A stretch of DNA of 63,516 nucleotides, filler included, from Octopus bimaculoides (Eukaryota), in the NCBI RefSeq assembly GCF_001194135.2. It is 5 parts of 5 records of this genome, joined end to end, with 100 filler letters (N's around TTAATTAATTAA, not from the genome) between each part and the next. Parts side by side here need not be neighbours in the genome. Positions count along the whole stretch, not along the records: positions 1 to 14,094 come from NC_068990.1; 4 more parts are not named here. One strand, written 5' to 3'. Of this stretch, positions 1-12,461 are shown piece after piece. Both the position numbers and the translations under genes were made by a program. Under the pieces are notes generated by a model that was not told the DNA's origin, did no database searches, and worked only from the letters and a program-made list of their open reading frames with translations. How positions within the stretch are numbered: position 1 is the first letter of the stretch; each line of letters opens with the position of its first letter.

Positions 1-269
1 CTTATTTCTTTTTTTATTTTTCTAAAATTTTTGTTGCGTCTTGCAACCTTTTCCATAGTATTGACTCCAGTAAAAACTATAGAAAAGGTGGAAATTTTAC
101 CGGCGGATGTGTTAAATTGTAAGGTACTAAAAGAGAATGACTCTCCCCAGACACAACAGAATATGCTTCAACACGAACTCACCTAAAGAATCTTGCAAAC
201 CAAATCCAAAAACGTTTATATACACACGTATATGTACACACACACACACACGTGTGTGTGTATTCATTT

Positions 270-462
270 ATTCAGTTACTTGTTTCAGTCATTTGACTGC
301 GGCCATGTTGGAGCATCGCCTTTAGTCGAACCAATCGACCCCAGGACTTATTCTTTGTAAGCCTAGTACTTATTCTATCGGCCTTTTTTGCTGAACCGCT
401 AGTTTACGCGGACATAAACACTCCAACATCGATTGTCAAGCGATAGTGGGAGGACAAGCACA
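270..462 (-). mobile_element. tRNA-derived SINE family A, 3' half
   Basis: Reverse complement of the 3' part (GCAGTCAAATGACTGAAACAAGT tail, AATAAGTACTAGGCTTACAAAG) of the copies at 481-830 and 14586-15000. Confidence 0.85.
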
Positions 463-480
463 GGCATTCACATATATACA

Positions 481-830
481 GGCGTAGGAGTGGCTGTGTG
501 GTAAGTCGTTTGCTTACCAACCACATGGTTCCGGGTTCAGTTCCACTGTCTTGTACTATATATATCCTCGGGCCGACCAAAGCCTTGTGAGTGAATTTGG
601 TAGACTAAAACTTAAAGAAGCCCGTCGTATATGTTTGTGTGTGTTTGTGTTTGTACCCCAACACCGCTTGACAACCGATGGTGTGTTTAGTGTCCCCGTA
701 ACATAGCGGTTCGGCGAAAGGCACTGATAGAATAAGTACTAGGCTTACAAAGATTAAGTGCTCCAACATGGTGATTAAGGCCGTGCTCCAACATGGTCGC
801 AGTCAAATGACTGAAACAAATAAAATGATA
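481..830 (+). mobile_element. tRNA-derived SINE family A, near full length
   Basis: Head GGCGTAGGAGTGGCTGTGTGGTAAG...CCGGGTTCAGTTCC (A/B-box-like), internal (GT)n and the same tail as other copies in the window. Confidence 0.9.
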
Positions 831-1639
831 AATGAATATATGTGACGGGCGTTTTTCATGTGTATGTATGTAGGTATATGTTTATGGATTCTATCGATTA
901 TATTCTTCTCTTATAAAATTATCAATTTTATTTTTATTTTGTACTAAATTAGCAAACCACAGTATGCATAAATTATCATTGTGCCATGAGAAGTCCTCAT
1001 CCCTCATCTCTCCTTCTAAAGAAGTATAAGCAGTCTTCTTTGTGTTGCTTTCTTTCGAAGTTTAAACCGCTGTCATTATCTCTCTCCTGTTTGAGTGCAG
1101 TAAATTTGTTGTCGAATAATATTTTTCTTTCAATTTTCCCATGATTTAATAGTTCGTCCTTTTAATAACTTTTCGTCGTTTTCTTTTCTTGATTGCATTT
1201 TTTAAATGCTTTTAAAGAATCTTTCTTTCATTAGCACCATTGCGGATGCTTTGTTTTACAATGGTTTTCGATCTTATTATATAAATCAGTTTATCTGGAT
1301 CTGCTCCACTAAAAGCGAACCAACTCCTCTCCCTAAACAATTTTCATACAGTTCATTGCAAGATTTATCTAAATATTTAATCCCTGAAAATGATAAATCT
1401 TTCGCTGTTCCCTAAAAAATTGCTTGTAGAATACATTTTATAATGTGAAGCGTTTGAATAAATAAAAACAGGAATGAAACAAGTTACCAGTTGTATATGA
1501 GGCAAGTTCGATTAATTCGTATCATTTATTTTTTTCGCAAAATGTGTCAACTACAGATCCCAGTAATCTAATATACATAAAGGGTATCAGAAAAAGAGAG
1601 AGAGAAAGAAAGAAGGGGAGATGATAATTTATGACTGAA

Positions 1640-1863
1640 TTCGGAGACAAACGGCTGCTGTGGCTTCTTCACTAGCTTCATCCCACACCCTCAGATCGAT
1701 ATCAGGTTTTCGTGCCATTCTCTGCGTTCTGTCTTTCACGCTCTCTCTCTCCTGCTCTATCTTTTACTGACTCTCTCATTCAATCATTGGCTTTTGCTCA
1801 CTCTCTCTTTCTCATGTTTTTACATTATGGTCGATTACTGCCGAATTACTGCAACGAGTAAGT
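1640..1863 (+). promoter_or_regulatory. Possible non-coding first exon ending at a GTAAGT splice donor (1858)
   Basis: CpG-retaining CT-rich stretch ending in AACGA|GTAAGT, just upstream of a CpG-poor region. Motif-level evidence only. Confidence 0.2.
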
Positions 1864-3193
1864 GAATTGTATTTTTATCTTTCTCAGCTTCCTCCCCACA
1901 TTTTTTCTTCTCTAAGAGGTTTGCTTTCATACTTGCTATCCGCTTGATCTTAGATTTTAGATCTGCAGGTTTGTTTTTAAGCTCATTTAATTTTGTTAAA
2001 TTTTCATCAGCTCAGAACACAAACTAATATAGATGACAATGTCAATGATGATCACAGCAACGACTACGACGACGACAGCACAGTGTATATAGCATTGGAT
2101 CATTTGAGTACATTCCATGGATCATATTTCTATTCGATATATGCCGGTACATGACTAGTATTTTGTGAGGACACGCGCGCTCAGATGCACCAGATCATCT
2201 TCATTCCAAAAACAACCGTCACTACTGTCACCATCATAATCACAAAACATGCGTCATCAACGTATACATCAAATGCATCGACAAGTTTGATTTATAACAC
2301 ACTTATTTTAATTGTTAGTTGAAATCATTGGATTTGTTTTTGAAAAAAACAAAAAAACTCACCAAATTTTATATCCAATATTTTCCATTAGAAAAATGAC
2401 CACTTAAAGACAGGCGGTGGTTCAAGTATGCCTGAAAAGACGAATCACCTTTTAGAAGTTTCTGAGCATGGGACCAGATTTCGCTATTTTCGGATGTTTC
2501 AAGCCCCAAGACATCACACCCGTACCAACACATACCAACATCTACACAAGAACCAGCGAAGGAAACAATGTAGTCATTCGATATGCTAGAAATAGTAGAC
2601 AAATTTCATTCATTGAACATCTTAAAAACATTAGACAATTTGACTTCTGTCGTCCTATATATATGCATATATATANNNNNNNNNNNNNNNNNNNNNNNNN
2701 NNNNNNNNNNNNNNNNNNNNNNNNNNNNNNNNNNNNNNNNNNNNNNNNNNNNNNNNNNNNNNNNNNNNNNNNNNNNNNNNNNNNNNNNNNNNNNNNNNNN
2801 NNNNNNNNNNNNNNNNNNNNNNNNNNNNNNNNNNNNNNNNNNNNNNNNNNNNNNNNNNNNNNNNNNNNNNNNNNNNNNNNNNNNNNNNNNNNNNNNNNNN
2901 NNNNNNNNNNNNNNNNNNNNNNNNNNNNNNNNNNNNNNNNNNNNNNNNNNNNNNNNNNNNNNNNNNNNNNNNNNNNNNNNNNNNNNNNNNNNNNNNNNNN
3001 NNNNNNNNNNNNNNNNNNNNNNNNNNNNNNNNNNNNNNNNNNNNNNNNNNNNNNNNNNNNNNNNNNNNNNNNNNNNNNNNNNNNNNNNNNNNNNNNNNNN
3101 NNNNNNNNNNNNNNNNNNNNNNNNNNNNNNNNNNNNNNNNNNNNNNNNNNNNNNNNNNNNNNNNNNNNNNNNNNNNNNNNNNNNNNNNNNNNN

Positions 3194-3229
<36 letters not shown>

Positions 3230-3262
3230 TAAATATAAAATATATATATATTTATATATAAA

Positions 3263-3300
<38 letters not shown>

Positions 3301-3751
3301 CATCCATATCCATATGAACATACATATATACATACATACACATATACCTACCTACCTACCTACCTTCCTACCTACCAACCTACCAACATACCTACTTACC
3401 TACATGCATACATACAAATAAACAAACATAGACAAAAAGATAGCTGGTCATGTGCGAAATGTCTTTGGATAGTAGGATTTATCAACCAAGGCTGATCTGC
3501 AGTGGAACTACACACAATATTTGCCTTAGCACAAGTGTCACAAAATACCTTTATATTCAAATATACAGGTTGTATAAATATACGCAGATACGTCTATGTG
3601 CTTTACTATTATTATATACAGAATGATGTACTTACTTCTAATGATTTTTTCTATCAGTTGTATAGATACAAATGAGTGTACAAGAATATACTTTTAATAG
3701 AAGTATGTATATTGTATGCAAGTGTGTGTTTGTGTATAAATATATATATAT

Positions 3752-3789
3752 TAGCTTAAAAGTCACCCGACAGGGTGGCTTTTAAGCTA
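3752..3789. repeat. 17-bp palindrome with 4-nt loop
   Basis: TAGCTTAAAAGTCACCC-GACA-GGGTGGCTTTTAAGCTA, 16/17 matches. Confidence 0.9.
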
Positions 3790-4066
3790 GCTCCTGTGGA
3801 GGGCTCTTCATTGGTCCTTGGGCCCAAAATGATACTTCATGCACTAAGTACATATTAAATTTTATTAAACTTAAACAATATTTTTCAAGCAATGAACAAT
3901 TTTCTTCAAAACAATGATATAATTTGTTGACTTGGAACTTATTGCAAAGCTGCATGATAAACGACATTTTTTGTCTTCCCATTCAGGGTCAGTACAAATA
4001 GCTTGTTTCCATTCTGTACCCTTGAACAACCAACATATAGCTGGTCGTAGGCAACAATAAACTTAC
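3787..4066 (-). mobile_element. Helitron 3' fragment (PIF1-type helicase C-terminus and 3' flank)
   Basis: Translation DQLYVGCSRVQNGNKLFVLTLNGKTKNVVYHAALQ* matches the Helitron RepHel terminal motif (HGQLYVxxSRV...GKTKNVVY); a CTAG lies at 3787-3790. Confidence 0.75.
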
Positions 4067-4994
4067 CTTTTAAAAGTTCAATGATAATTCTTCTGCCGTC
4101 ACTTAATTTAAAGACAATTTGATGAATTACTGTTTTCATACAAACAATTATCTGTAGTAACTGGTACATATCTAAACTCCTGTTCATAGTTTGTAGGAAA
4201 ATTATGCCATTGTCACTAAACACTATTTTAAAGTGTGATTTTTATGGTTTGGAATTGCTCTAAATGTATTTGACCATAAAGATGTTTGAAATTTAGTATT
4301 TTTTAGTATTTTTTAAGGTAATAATAAAATTAGTTGAATCTATTTTCATGCAGACAGAGTGCACTAAGTTTCCATAGCTCTGACGGCCAATGGCCTGAAA
4401 ATAGGTCCGACAAATTTTATTGACATTTGAAAAAATATTAAGTTTCCAACATTTTTATGGTAAAGAATTATGAGAGGTAATATTGTATGAGAGAGTGAGT
4501 TCAATATGTATATCAGTTCCAAATGTTATGAAGCATGTGTTATGGTTAAATTACTTGATACAGTTATAATATTTAGAGAAAGATTTTTTCAAAATGTTTA
4601 TTTTGGAAATTACTTTTGGAAATAGTTATATTATTTAGAGAAATATTCATTTCAAAATGCTAGGATTAAGAAAACCAAGAATGAAGAATAGTAGAAGTGT
4701 CATTGAATAGTGAGAGAGGGTTAAAGCATGAGGAATAGTAGAAGTGTTATTGAATAGTGAGAGGAGTAAGGTTTAAAAAGTGTGACACACTGACATTTGC
4801 TTTCATATTTATTATTATAGAAATCTGTGGGAAAGGCATAGGTAGAAGTTCCATAAGATGCACCCAGTTTAAGCTGTGGACACAAGAAGTGCAGCGATGT
4901 CTGAGGAAGGTTAACAGGAAAACTAGTTTTTGTGTGTGGAAGGTGCACAGGTACAATTAACACTAACAATGTATAGAAAATAGACTCCATCAAA

Positions 4995-5942
4995 TGCCAG
5001 GGTGAAAACTAGAAGTAGTTGATAGCTTCCATTACCTACGTGTCCAAGTCAGTAGTGTGGAGGGTGTTGGGTGTGGATACTCTGAGAGCATAGCTATTAG
5101 AATAAGAATGGGTTGGACAAAGTTCAGAGGGCTCCCACCACTGTTGGTAACAAAGGGCCTCTCCCTCAGAGTGAACAGCCATGCTACATGGCAGTGAAAC
5201 ATGGGCTGTGACTGCCGAGGACATGCAAAGGCTTGAAAGAAATGAAGCTAGTACACTTTGCCGGGTGTGCAATCTCAGTGTGCATGTATGACATAGTGTA
5301 AACATCTTGAGAGAAATGTTGGGCATCAGATGTAGTGTACAAGAGAGATGACTGCATTGGTATGGACTTGTGATGCATATGGATGTGGACAGCTGTGTGA
5401 AGAAGTGTTGATCTCTATTATCAGAAGGAAGTTGTGGAAGGAGACCCAGTAAGACATGGGATGAAGTAGTGAAGCATGATTTTGAACGTTGAGCCTCAAT
5501 GACCAGTGACTGAGACCTTTGGTGATATTTTGTGCTTGAGAAGACTTGTCAAGCCAAATGAAATCATAGTTGTGGCCATTGTTGGTGTCACATAACTGGC
5601 ACCCATGCTCGTGGCATGTAAAAAGCACCTTTCAAATGTTGGGCCTCATGGAAGCAATGACAAATGACCAAACCCTTTGGCAATATGCTGTGTTTGAGAA
5701 GAAGACCTATGAAGCCAAGTAAAATTGTAGTTGTGGCAGATACTGGTGTCACATGACTGGCACCCATACCAGTGGCATGTAAAAGCACCCATTATACTGT
5801 CAGTGGTTGGCGTTAGGAAGGGCATCCAGCTGTAGAAGCCACGCCAAACAAGACTGGAATCTGGCGCAGGCTCCTCAGTTTACCAGCCTGGGTCAAACAA
5901 TCCAATCCATGCCAGCATGAGCAACAAACACTAAATGATGAT
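4995..5942 (+). mobile_element. RTE-clade LINE 3' fragment with 3' UTR and (GAT)n tail
   Basis: Decayed translation KLEVVDSFHYL...RMGWTKFR...MLHGSETWAV...LHWYGLVMHM...RPSKTWDEVVK, followed by the GGCACGTAAAAGCACC/GTTAGGAAGGGCATCCAG-type 3' UTR shared with solo copies. Confidence 0.85.
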
Positions 5943-6269
5943 GTGTGTGTGTGTGTATGTGTATGCATTTGATATAAGCATACTGTAGGTGATTGTTCAC
6001 CAATAGATGGCAGCACATGTTTTGTAAACATACATCCTGTTTTGAGCCTACATTAATGCATTGGATGCAGAGGGATTTTTAAAGCCATTTTTGGGTAAAA
6101 AAGGTGTATCTTATAGGCCATCAATTACGGTATATATATATATATATATATATATGTAGGTGTATATTTGTATAAATATATACATACACACCTACATATA
6201 TGTGTATAAATATGTATAAAACTGAAGAGTATATTTGCATACTGGAAATAAATCCTTTTAAACACTAAG

Positions 6270-6720
6270 ATAGTAAACTAGAAGTAGTCTATAGCTTCCA
6301 TTACCTCGGTGACATAATTAGCAGGAGAGGTATTGTTCTGAAACTATATTAGCCTGGTAAGAATGGGTTGGTTTAAGTTCAGGTAATTACTATCATTGCT
6401 GGCAGCTATAATATTTTCCCTGAAAGTGAAGGGCAGATTGTTTGATGCTTGTCTTAGGACTGTGATGTTGCAGGGTAGCAAGACACAGGCCTGAAATGCA
6501 GAATATTTGCAAAGGTTTAAAAGAAATGAAGATAGTATGTTCCAATGGATGTGTGATGCTAGTGTGCAGGAATGCCAGTTACAAATGACCTAAAAGAAAA
6601 ATAGGACATAATGAAAGATGACTGTAGCATACTAAAGTTCCACTCTAAGTTAGTGGAAACTGCAGAAGAAGGACACCATGAAAAATTTGGGATGAAATAG
6701 TGAAAGCTGATCTAAAATTG
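6270..6720 (+). mobile_element. RTE-clade LINE fragment (paralogue of 4995-5500)
   Basis: KLEVVYSFHYLGDII...RMGWFKFR...KVKGRLFDACLRTVML with stops. Confidence 0.75.
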
Positions 6721-7339
6721 CTCTTTCTCAGAAAGATGATAGAGGGCTGTATACAGGATGACATCTTATAGTGCTACAGAAAACTTGTCTGCCTATGGCT
6801 AAATACACTTTAATACAAAGGTAATATTTAGGAAGCTGTGATAGTGGTAGACTTTCTTCATTGCCTACTTTAACATGATCTCTTGACCCATGTGTAATGG
6901 AGTTCATTCCAGGTCTTTGGTCTGAGAATAACTTATTCTCTTCTTTCCAGCAGTCACTGAGGTGGTGGAAACAGTCATGGAGACTGCTGTTCATCCTTGG
7001 ACTAAGCTGAATTAGGTATGATCATGTTTGAAATGTCTTCCAGGGAGTGACATTATTTTAAGGAGCATAAGTTATTAAAATTGTTAGTATATAAAATACC
7101 AGCTTTACACTATATGTGTGTGTGCCTCCCTCCCCCTCTGTCTGTCTGTCTGTCTGTCTCTCTTGCTCTCTCTCTCTCTCTCTCTCTCTGACTGGTTAAC
7201 CATCTATCTCCTTTACAGCAAGACACCTGTTTCTATCTCTCTGTCACACTCTGACCTCTCATCACCTGGCACAAGGCCACCTCCTCCAATGCCTCCCCCA
7301 TCTCAAAGAATCTTTGTCTTGCGAGTTACTTGGTGACCC

Positions 7340-7630
7340 CACGAGTGCTGGTGCATCCAGTTCACACTGTAAACTGGTTGGTGTTTGGAAAGGTATCTAG
7401 CTGTAAAAACCATGCCAGAACAGGCCTTGCCAGTGCTGGTGCCACGTAAAACGCACTCAGTCCACTCAGTAGGGTGGTTGGTGTTAGGAAGGGCATCCAG
7501 CCATAAAAACCCTGCCAAAACAGACCGTGAAGCCTGGTGCAGTCTTCTGCCTAGGCAGCCCTTGTCAAACTGCTCAATCCACGCCAACAGGGAAAACAGA
7601 CGTTAAATGATGATGATGATGACGATGATA
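7340..7630 (+). mobile_element. Solo LINE 3'-UTR/tail unit with (GAT)n end
   Basis: GGTTGGTGTTAGGAAGGGCATCCAG...AGACGTTAAATGATGATGAT, with a duplicated internal subunit. Confidence 0.8.
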
Positions 7631-7808
7631 ATGATTATATATATATATATATATANNNNNNNNNNNNNNNNNNNNNNNNNNNNNNNNNNNNNNNNNNNNN
7701 NNNNNNNNNNNNNNNNNNNNNNNNNNNNNNNNNNNNNNNNNNNNNNNNNNNNNNNNNNNNNNNNNNNNNNNNNNNNNNNNNNNNNNNNNNNNNNNNNNNN
7801 NNNNNNNN

Positions 7809-7894
7809 AGCTCTGGGTCAAACCATCCAACCCATGTCAGCATGAGCAACAGACATTAAATAATGATGATGATGATAACGATGATGATGATGAT
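7809..7894 (+). mobile_element. Extreme 3' end of the same LINE tail family
   Basis: GTCAAACCATCCAACCCATGTCAGCATG...(GAT)n directly after a gap. Confidence 0.75.
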
Positions 7895-8149
7895 ATTTAT
7901 ATATATATAGTTCAAATTTACAGAAAACAAAAGATGAAGACAGGTGAAGGAACAATAAGCAGGTGTATTAGTTTGATACTTGGGAAAAATGGAAAGGTCT
8001 ATGATGCTTCAAGCCTTCGTTCTTCGACAGAAATGAATGTGTGTTCATTTCCTCGTTTTAATTTAAAATAAATTTTGACCAGCCTCCTACTTAGTAGCAA
8101 GGTTATGAAGGAAAGCATCTTGTTTTGTCATCATCTTTTAAATCTTAAG

Positions 8150-9475
8150 AAGGTCTCAGGTTTTTATAGCCCCAGTTATCGTGATCATTTGTAGTATATG
8201 AATTAAAGATTTGTGTTCTCTCCTCAAGAACCCAAACTCCGCCAAAGCCTTTAATACAGTGAATTGTGAGGTGCTCTGGAAAATTTTATCAAATATTACT
8301 CTTCCTGATAAAATCATAAGGATAATAGTATCTTTGCACAAAGTGCTAACAGTAATACCTAACAGTCAGTGTTTGGAGGCATTTTCTGTTGCCGCTGGAA
8401 CTAAACGGAGCTGTGTTTTAGCTTTTGTACCTTTTCCCATATTCTTTTCGATGGTGCTCCAAATTTTACATCATGAAGGTATAAAATTTCAGTTTCACAC
8501 ACAATAAGATCTACCGAATATAAATGGGGAAAGCTTCAGATAAAGAAAATGATCAAGGAAGAGATTTGAGATGATTTTCTGTTTGCTGATGATTACACTT
8601 TGATTTCTCATACATTTGAGGGAATTCAAGACTTAGTTGATAGGTTTACTGTGGCAGGTCATGCATTTGGGCTGACTATCAACATCAGGAAGACTGAAGT
8701 TTTATTCCAACCAAAACCTACTGAGGATTCAAATGTGATGATTGACAATAAGCCACTCAAATTGGTCAAGTCATTTAAATACCTTGGAAATACAGTAAAC
8801 TTTAAGAATACTTTTGATGATGAAGTCAATGTTAGAATATCTAAGCTACAAGTGCTTTTGAAAAATTTTCCCATCATATGTGGGCTGAACATGGTATCAG
8901 TCTGAAAACTAAAATAAGTGTATACAATTCATGTATTTTGAGCACACTTTTGAATGGGGCAGAAGCATGAACTCCTTACTACAGACATATAAAGAAATTT
9001 GGAACCTTTTACATGTGCTGTTTGCACAATATCCACAACATAAAATGGCAAAATATCAAATATTAAAATTTTAGAAAAATGTAATATCTCCAGTGTCAAA
9101 AACATACTGTTGAAATTACAGTGCAGATAGGTAGGACATATTGTTCGAATAAAAGATGATTGCCTTCTAAAAATTCTTTTGTATGGCCAACAAACAGTGG
9201 TAAAGGATGAGTTGAAGTAATAAGTGAAATCTCTACAACCTAATTTGACATCTTGGGAAAGTTATTGCCTAGCTAGATCTTCATGGCATAAAATGTGTCA
9301 TGATGCATCAAAATGATTTGAGCTGAAGAAATAGAACAATAAAAAAGTTATATCCTGCAATCAAAAGACACATTTGTCCAATCCCAGACAAAATCAAAAT
9401 CATCAGTGTCTCCATTGTGACTCCATATCAAAATCCATACCTGAACTCAAATTACATTCATGCATCCATCACAAA
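8150..9475 (+). mobile_element. 5'-truncated RTE LINE (RT domain to C-terminal zinc finger), decayed
   Basis: KAFNTVN..LWKIL, GTKRSCVLA (GVKQGCVLA), FLFADD at ~8572-8592, GLTINIRKTEVL, FKYLG and a terminal CLHC...H motif; stops and frameshifts. Confidence 0.9.
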
Positions 9476-9557
9476 TAGATGCAGCTTCTTTTATTTTCAA
9501 TCTTCTTTTATTTTCAATCTTCTTTTATTTTCAATCTTCTTTTATCTTTTCTTTTAA

Positions 9558-9778
9558 CCCTTTAGCATTTAAACCGGCCATATCCGACCAAAAGTATTCT
9601 GCCTATTCTATGTTCAAACTAGCCAGATCTGGTCTCTCACACCAACCCTACAATATGGTTTTAAAAATTAACAGCTACCTCATCAAAATCTCATAGCTAT
9701 GAGATAATGCTTGATTAGTTCAAAACAATGTGGATAAAAAAGCATTAATTATGGTAGAATAATGTGAACACTAAAGGG
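9558..9778. mobile_element. piggyBac-type MITE, copy 1
   Basis: TTAA at 9554-9557 and 9779-9782, TIR CCCTTTAG/CTAAAGGG; internal sequence is homologous to 52585-52784. Confidence 0.85.
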
Positions 9779-9877
9779 TTAATCCTTTCCTTCAAACACT
9801 CACGTGTCAAAGTTGATGAGAATAATCATCATATAGGTATATTTACATGTGTGAATGCATGTGTGTTTATATATATG

Positions 9878-10025
9878 ACAGGTTTCTATCAGTTTCTGTC
9901 TACCAAATCCACTCACAAGCCCATGGCTGTAGTAGAAGACACTTACCCAAGGTGCCACACAGTGGAACTGAATTTAGAATGATAGTTGGGAAGCAAGCTT
10001 CTCAACCACAAAACAGCCTTACTTA
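9878..10025 (-). mobile_element. SINE family A, 5' half
   Basis: Reverse complement of head and core (CTACCAAATCCACTCACAAG...GTAGAAGACACTTACCCAAGGTGCCAC). Confidence 0.8.
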
Positions 10026-10618
10026 CATCTATATTGTATCATGCAGATACAAAGCATTAGTATTTAAATCCTTGCTTAGTGGTTCATTTATATTTTCCTC
10101 TACAAACAAAGTACTTGATAAATGAATCCATAGAATACAACAAGTACTAATCAACAACAGGTTTCTAACAAATTAATAGAACAAGTCATAGAACAATACA
10201 AGCAAAATTACAATGTAAGAAATACATCAGACACTATAACAATCAAAATGACACAAGCTGCGCATAAAATGCATTACATGAATCAAAGACATTACCCAAC
10301 CTCATAAAATCAATATAAAATATGCATTACACCAAACTATATACTAACATTGGTAATATACAAGAAAAATATTAAAATTAAGATCTTCTTACCAATGACA
10401 AGTTTCAACCATTTGACTGCATACATGAAAGTTGAAAAATTTATACCTCTTACTGTTCTATTAGTCATATAAAGTATGACATTCTTCCTCTACCTTAGCA
10501 TGCACTTACAATAAAGAGAAGTTACAATGCACTACATTGTTCTCTCTACTCACATGTTACATTGATCACCCTCATACTGAAGCACCAGATTATCTCTATT
10601 CATGCACTATACCTGCCC

Positions 10619-10619
<1 letters not shown>

Positions 10620-10675
<56 letters not shown>

Positions 10676-10790
10676 CCTATTCCTGTAGCCTACCCAACTA
10701 CATGTTATCTCTCTCTCTCTCTCTCTCTTACCTCCACTCCTGCAGCCTCCACAGCCACATGTCATCTCTCTCTCTTTCTCTCTCTTGTCA
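10620..10790. repeat. (CT)n microsatellite cluster
   Basis: Three interrupted CT runs. Confidence 0.9.
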
Positions 10791-12461
10791 CCCCCCCCCC
10801 ATCAACTGTATCATCATTACTATTCTGCTGCTCTCCCCTACTCTCTTATGCATCCCTCTACATTACCAACTCACTCATCATTGATTGTCCTCCATCCCTC
10901 TACCTTTCGTCTTCCCCAACCCTTATCCACCACACCCTACATCCATCCTCTCCCTCAATTCTCCATCTTTTACTCCCCCATATACTCTTGCAAACAACAC
11001 TAGTTCATCTGTCACCATTCACTTCAACTCACCTTGTACCTTGTGATGCCACCTGGACACCTCATCACCACTATTTATCTCTAGCAGCTCCATCTGGTCA
11101 CTTTTACCTTATCTTCTAAATGTGAGTAGTCATGTAGCACCTTGACAAGAACCTTCTCTGCCCTCTTTTCTCATGCTTTAACCTCTCATCTCCTTGCATA
11201 AAGTTGCCCCCAAACCTTGGAGTTCATAGCCTTGTGAGCTGCATGACAACTTCACTTGTGCTGGTGGCATAGAAAATGTACCCTATACATACTGGTAAGG
11301 TGGTTGTCATATCTATACAGAGGCTCATATAATTTTGCACATGCATGCACACATGCATGAACTCTCACATTATACATAGAAAAGAAATATGTTAAGCATT
11401 GTATTATTATATTATTAACTGGTGCAAATGTCATGGCCAGGTGAAAACATCAAACTGTTCTAGCAGCTAGGTCAAACAATATATGATTGCAATGATGATG
11501 GTAAATGTAACAAAATGTCATGCATTTTCCTAATAAAAGAGGGTGTGCCTTTTATGTTGTAATTTTTTTCTCTTTCTTTTACACATAAAGTCTAGGATTT
11601 TTGAATGATGTACTTTAGGAGGAAATTATTTACTAATTATTTCAGTTCTATTTCTTGGAAAGCAAAAATAACATGTTTGTATTAATCTTTCTTTCTTTTT
11701 TTTTTTCAATGTATCCCAATCACTTATACAATCTCTCAACAAGTTCAAATCACACTGGGACAATTTTATCTTTCATATTACTGAGATTTCTTTATTTTCA
11801 TTAGAAGTTTTAAATTTATGAGATACCAATAATATACTTTGGTTGATTCAAATTTACCCTTCAAAATAATTGCTCTTGGTATTTGTCAAAAGCAGCATTG
11901 GTTTAAGGCTGCTAGAATCCTGACCAGTTCTCACTGTGGGGATCTACGACCCTCCTATCTCCCCCACCCATACCCACCCAACAGACACTGCAAATCTTGT
12001 GTCACATTGTCCAATATGTTCTTTACTTTGTTTTTGATACAGTAGGCTGTAATTTGAGAAAAATTTGGCTTTCTTATCCTCAAGATGAATGATAAAACAA
12101 GGACTCCCTTGTAGGCTTGAAGTAATGTCAGTTTGAGACATGCATGTCTGTTGTATGAAATTTGGAAAGGAGATTATATTGTATCACGGTAATTCCTTTC
12201 TCATTGGCATTAGCAACAATGTAAAGCAAGTGATATGGTTCTAATGGGTGACTGAAACTGGGTTACAGACATGGTTTACTACTTATTTAATGCTTACCTT
12301 CAGCCATGTTCCATGGCACGTGTCTATGTGGAACTGGATGACATTTGATTTTGGCAATATGAGACATCAAAATTACATCATGTTGTTTCATTGTACAGAA
12401 TGTTCTTTCGTTGTGTTTTTATGAGAACTCTAAATTCACTGTTATTTTAGTATATTTAGCT

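Noticed and set aside
2468-3343. Long ORFs containing X runs (also 17470-18198, 19081-19706, 32497-33174, 57542-58075, 60749-63149)
   Set aside because: They are open only because they cross N gaps and AT/CA microsatellites.
6728-7015. 88-aa minus ORF, or plus-strand exons with good splice sites (6732-6820, 6951-7015)
   Set aside because: The first has stops in all frames, the second ends in a stop, and the minus ORF has only faint RT-like echoes; nothing is supportable.
12299-12334. 36-nt minus-strand microexon with AAG|GTAAGC donor (similar cases near 34815 and 55940)
   Set aside because: Strong donors occur by chance in 60 kb; acceptors are weak or the peptides are too short to assess.
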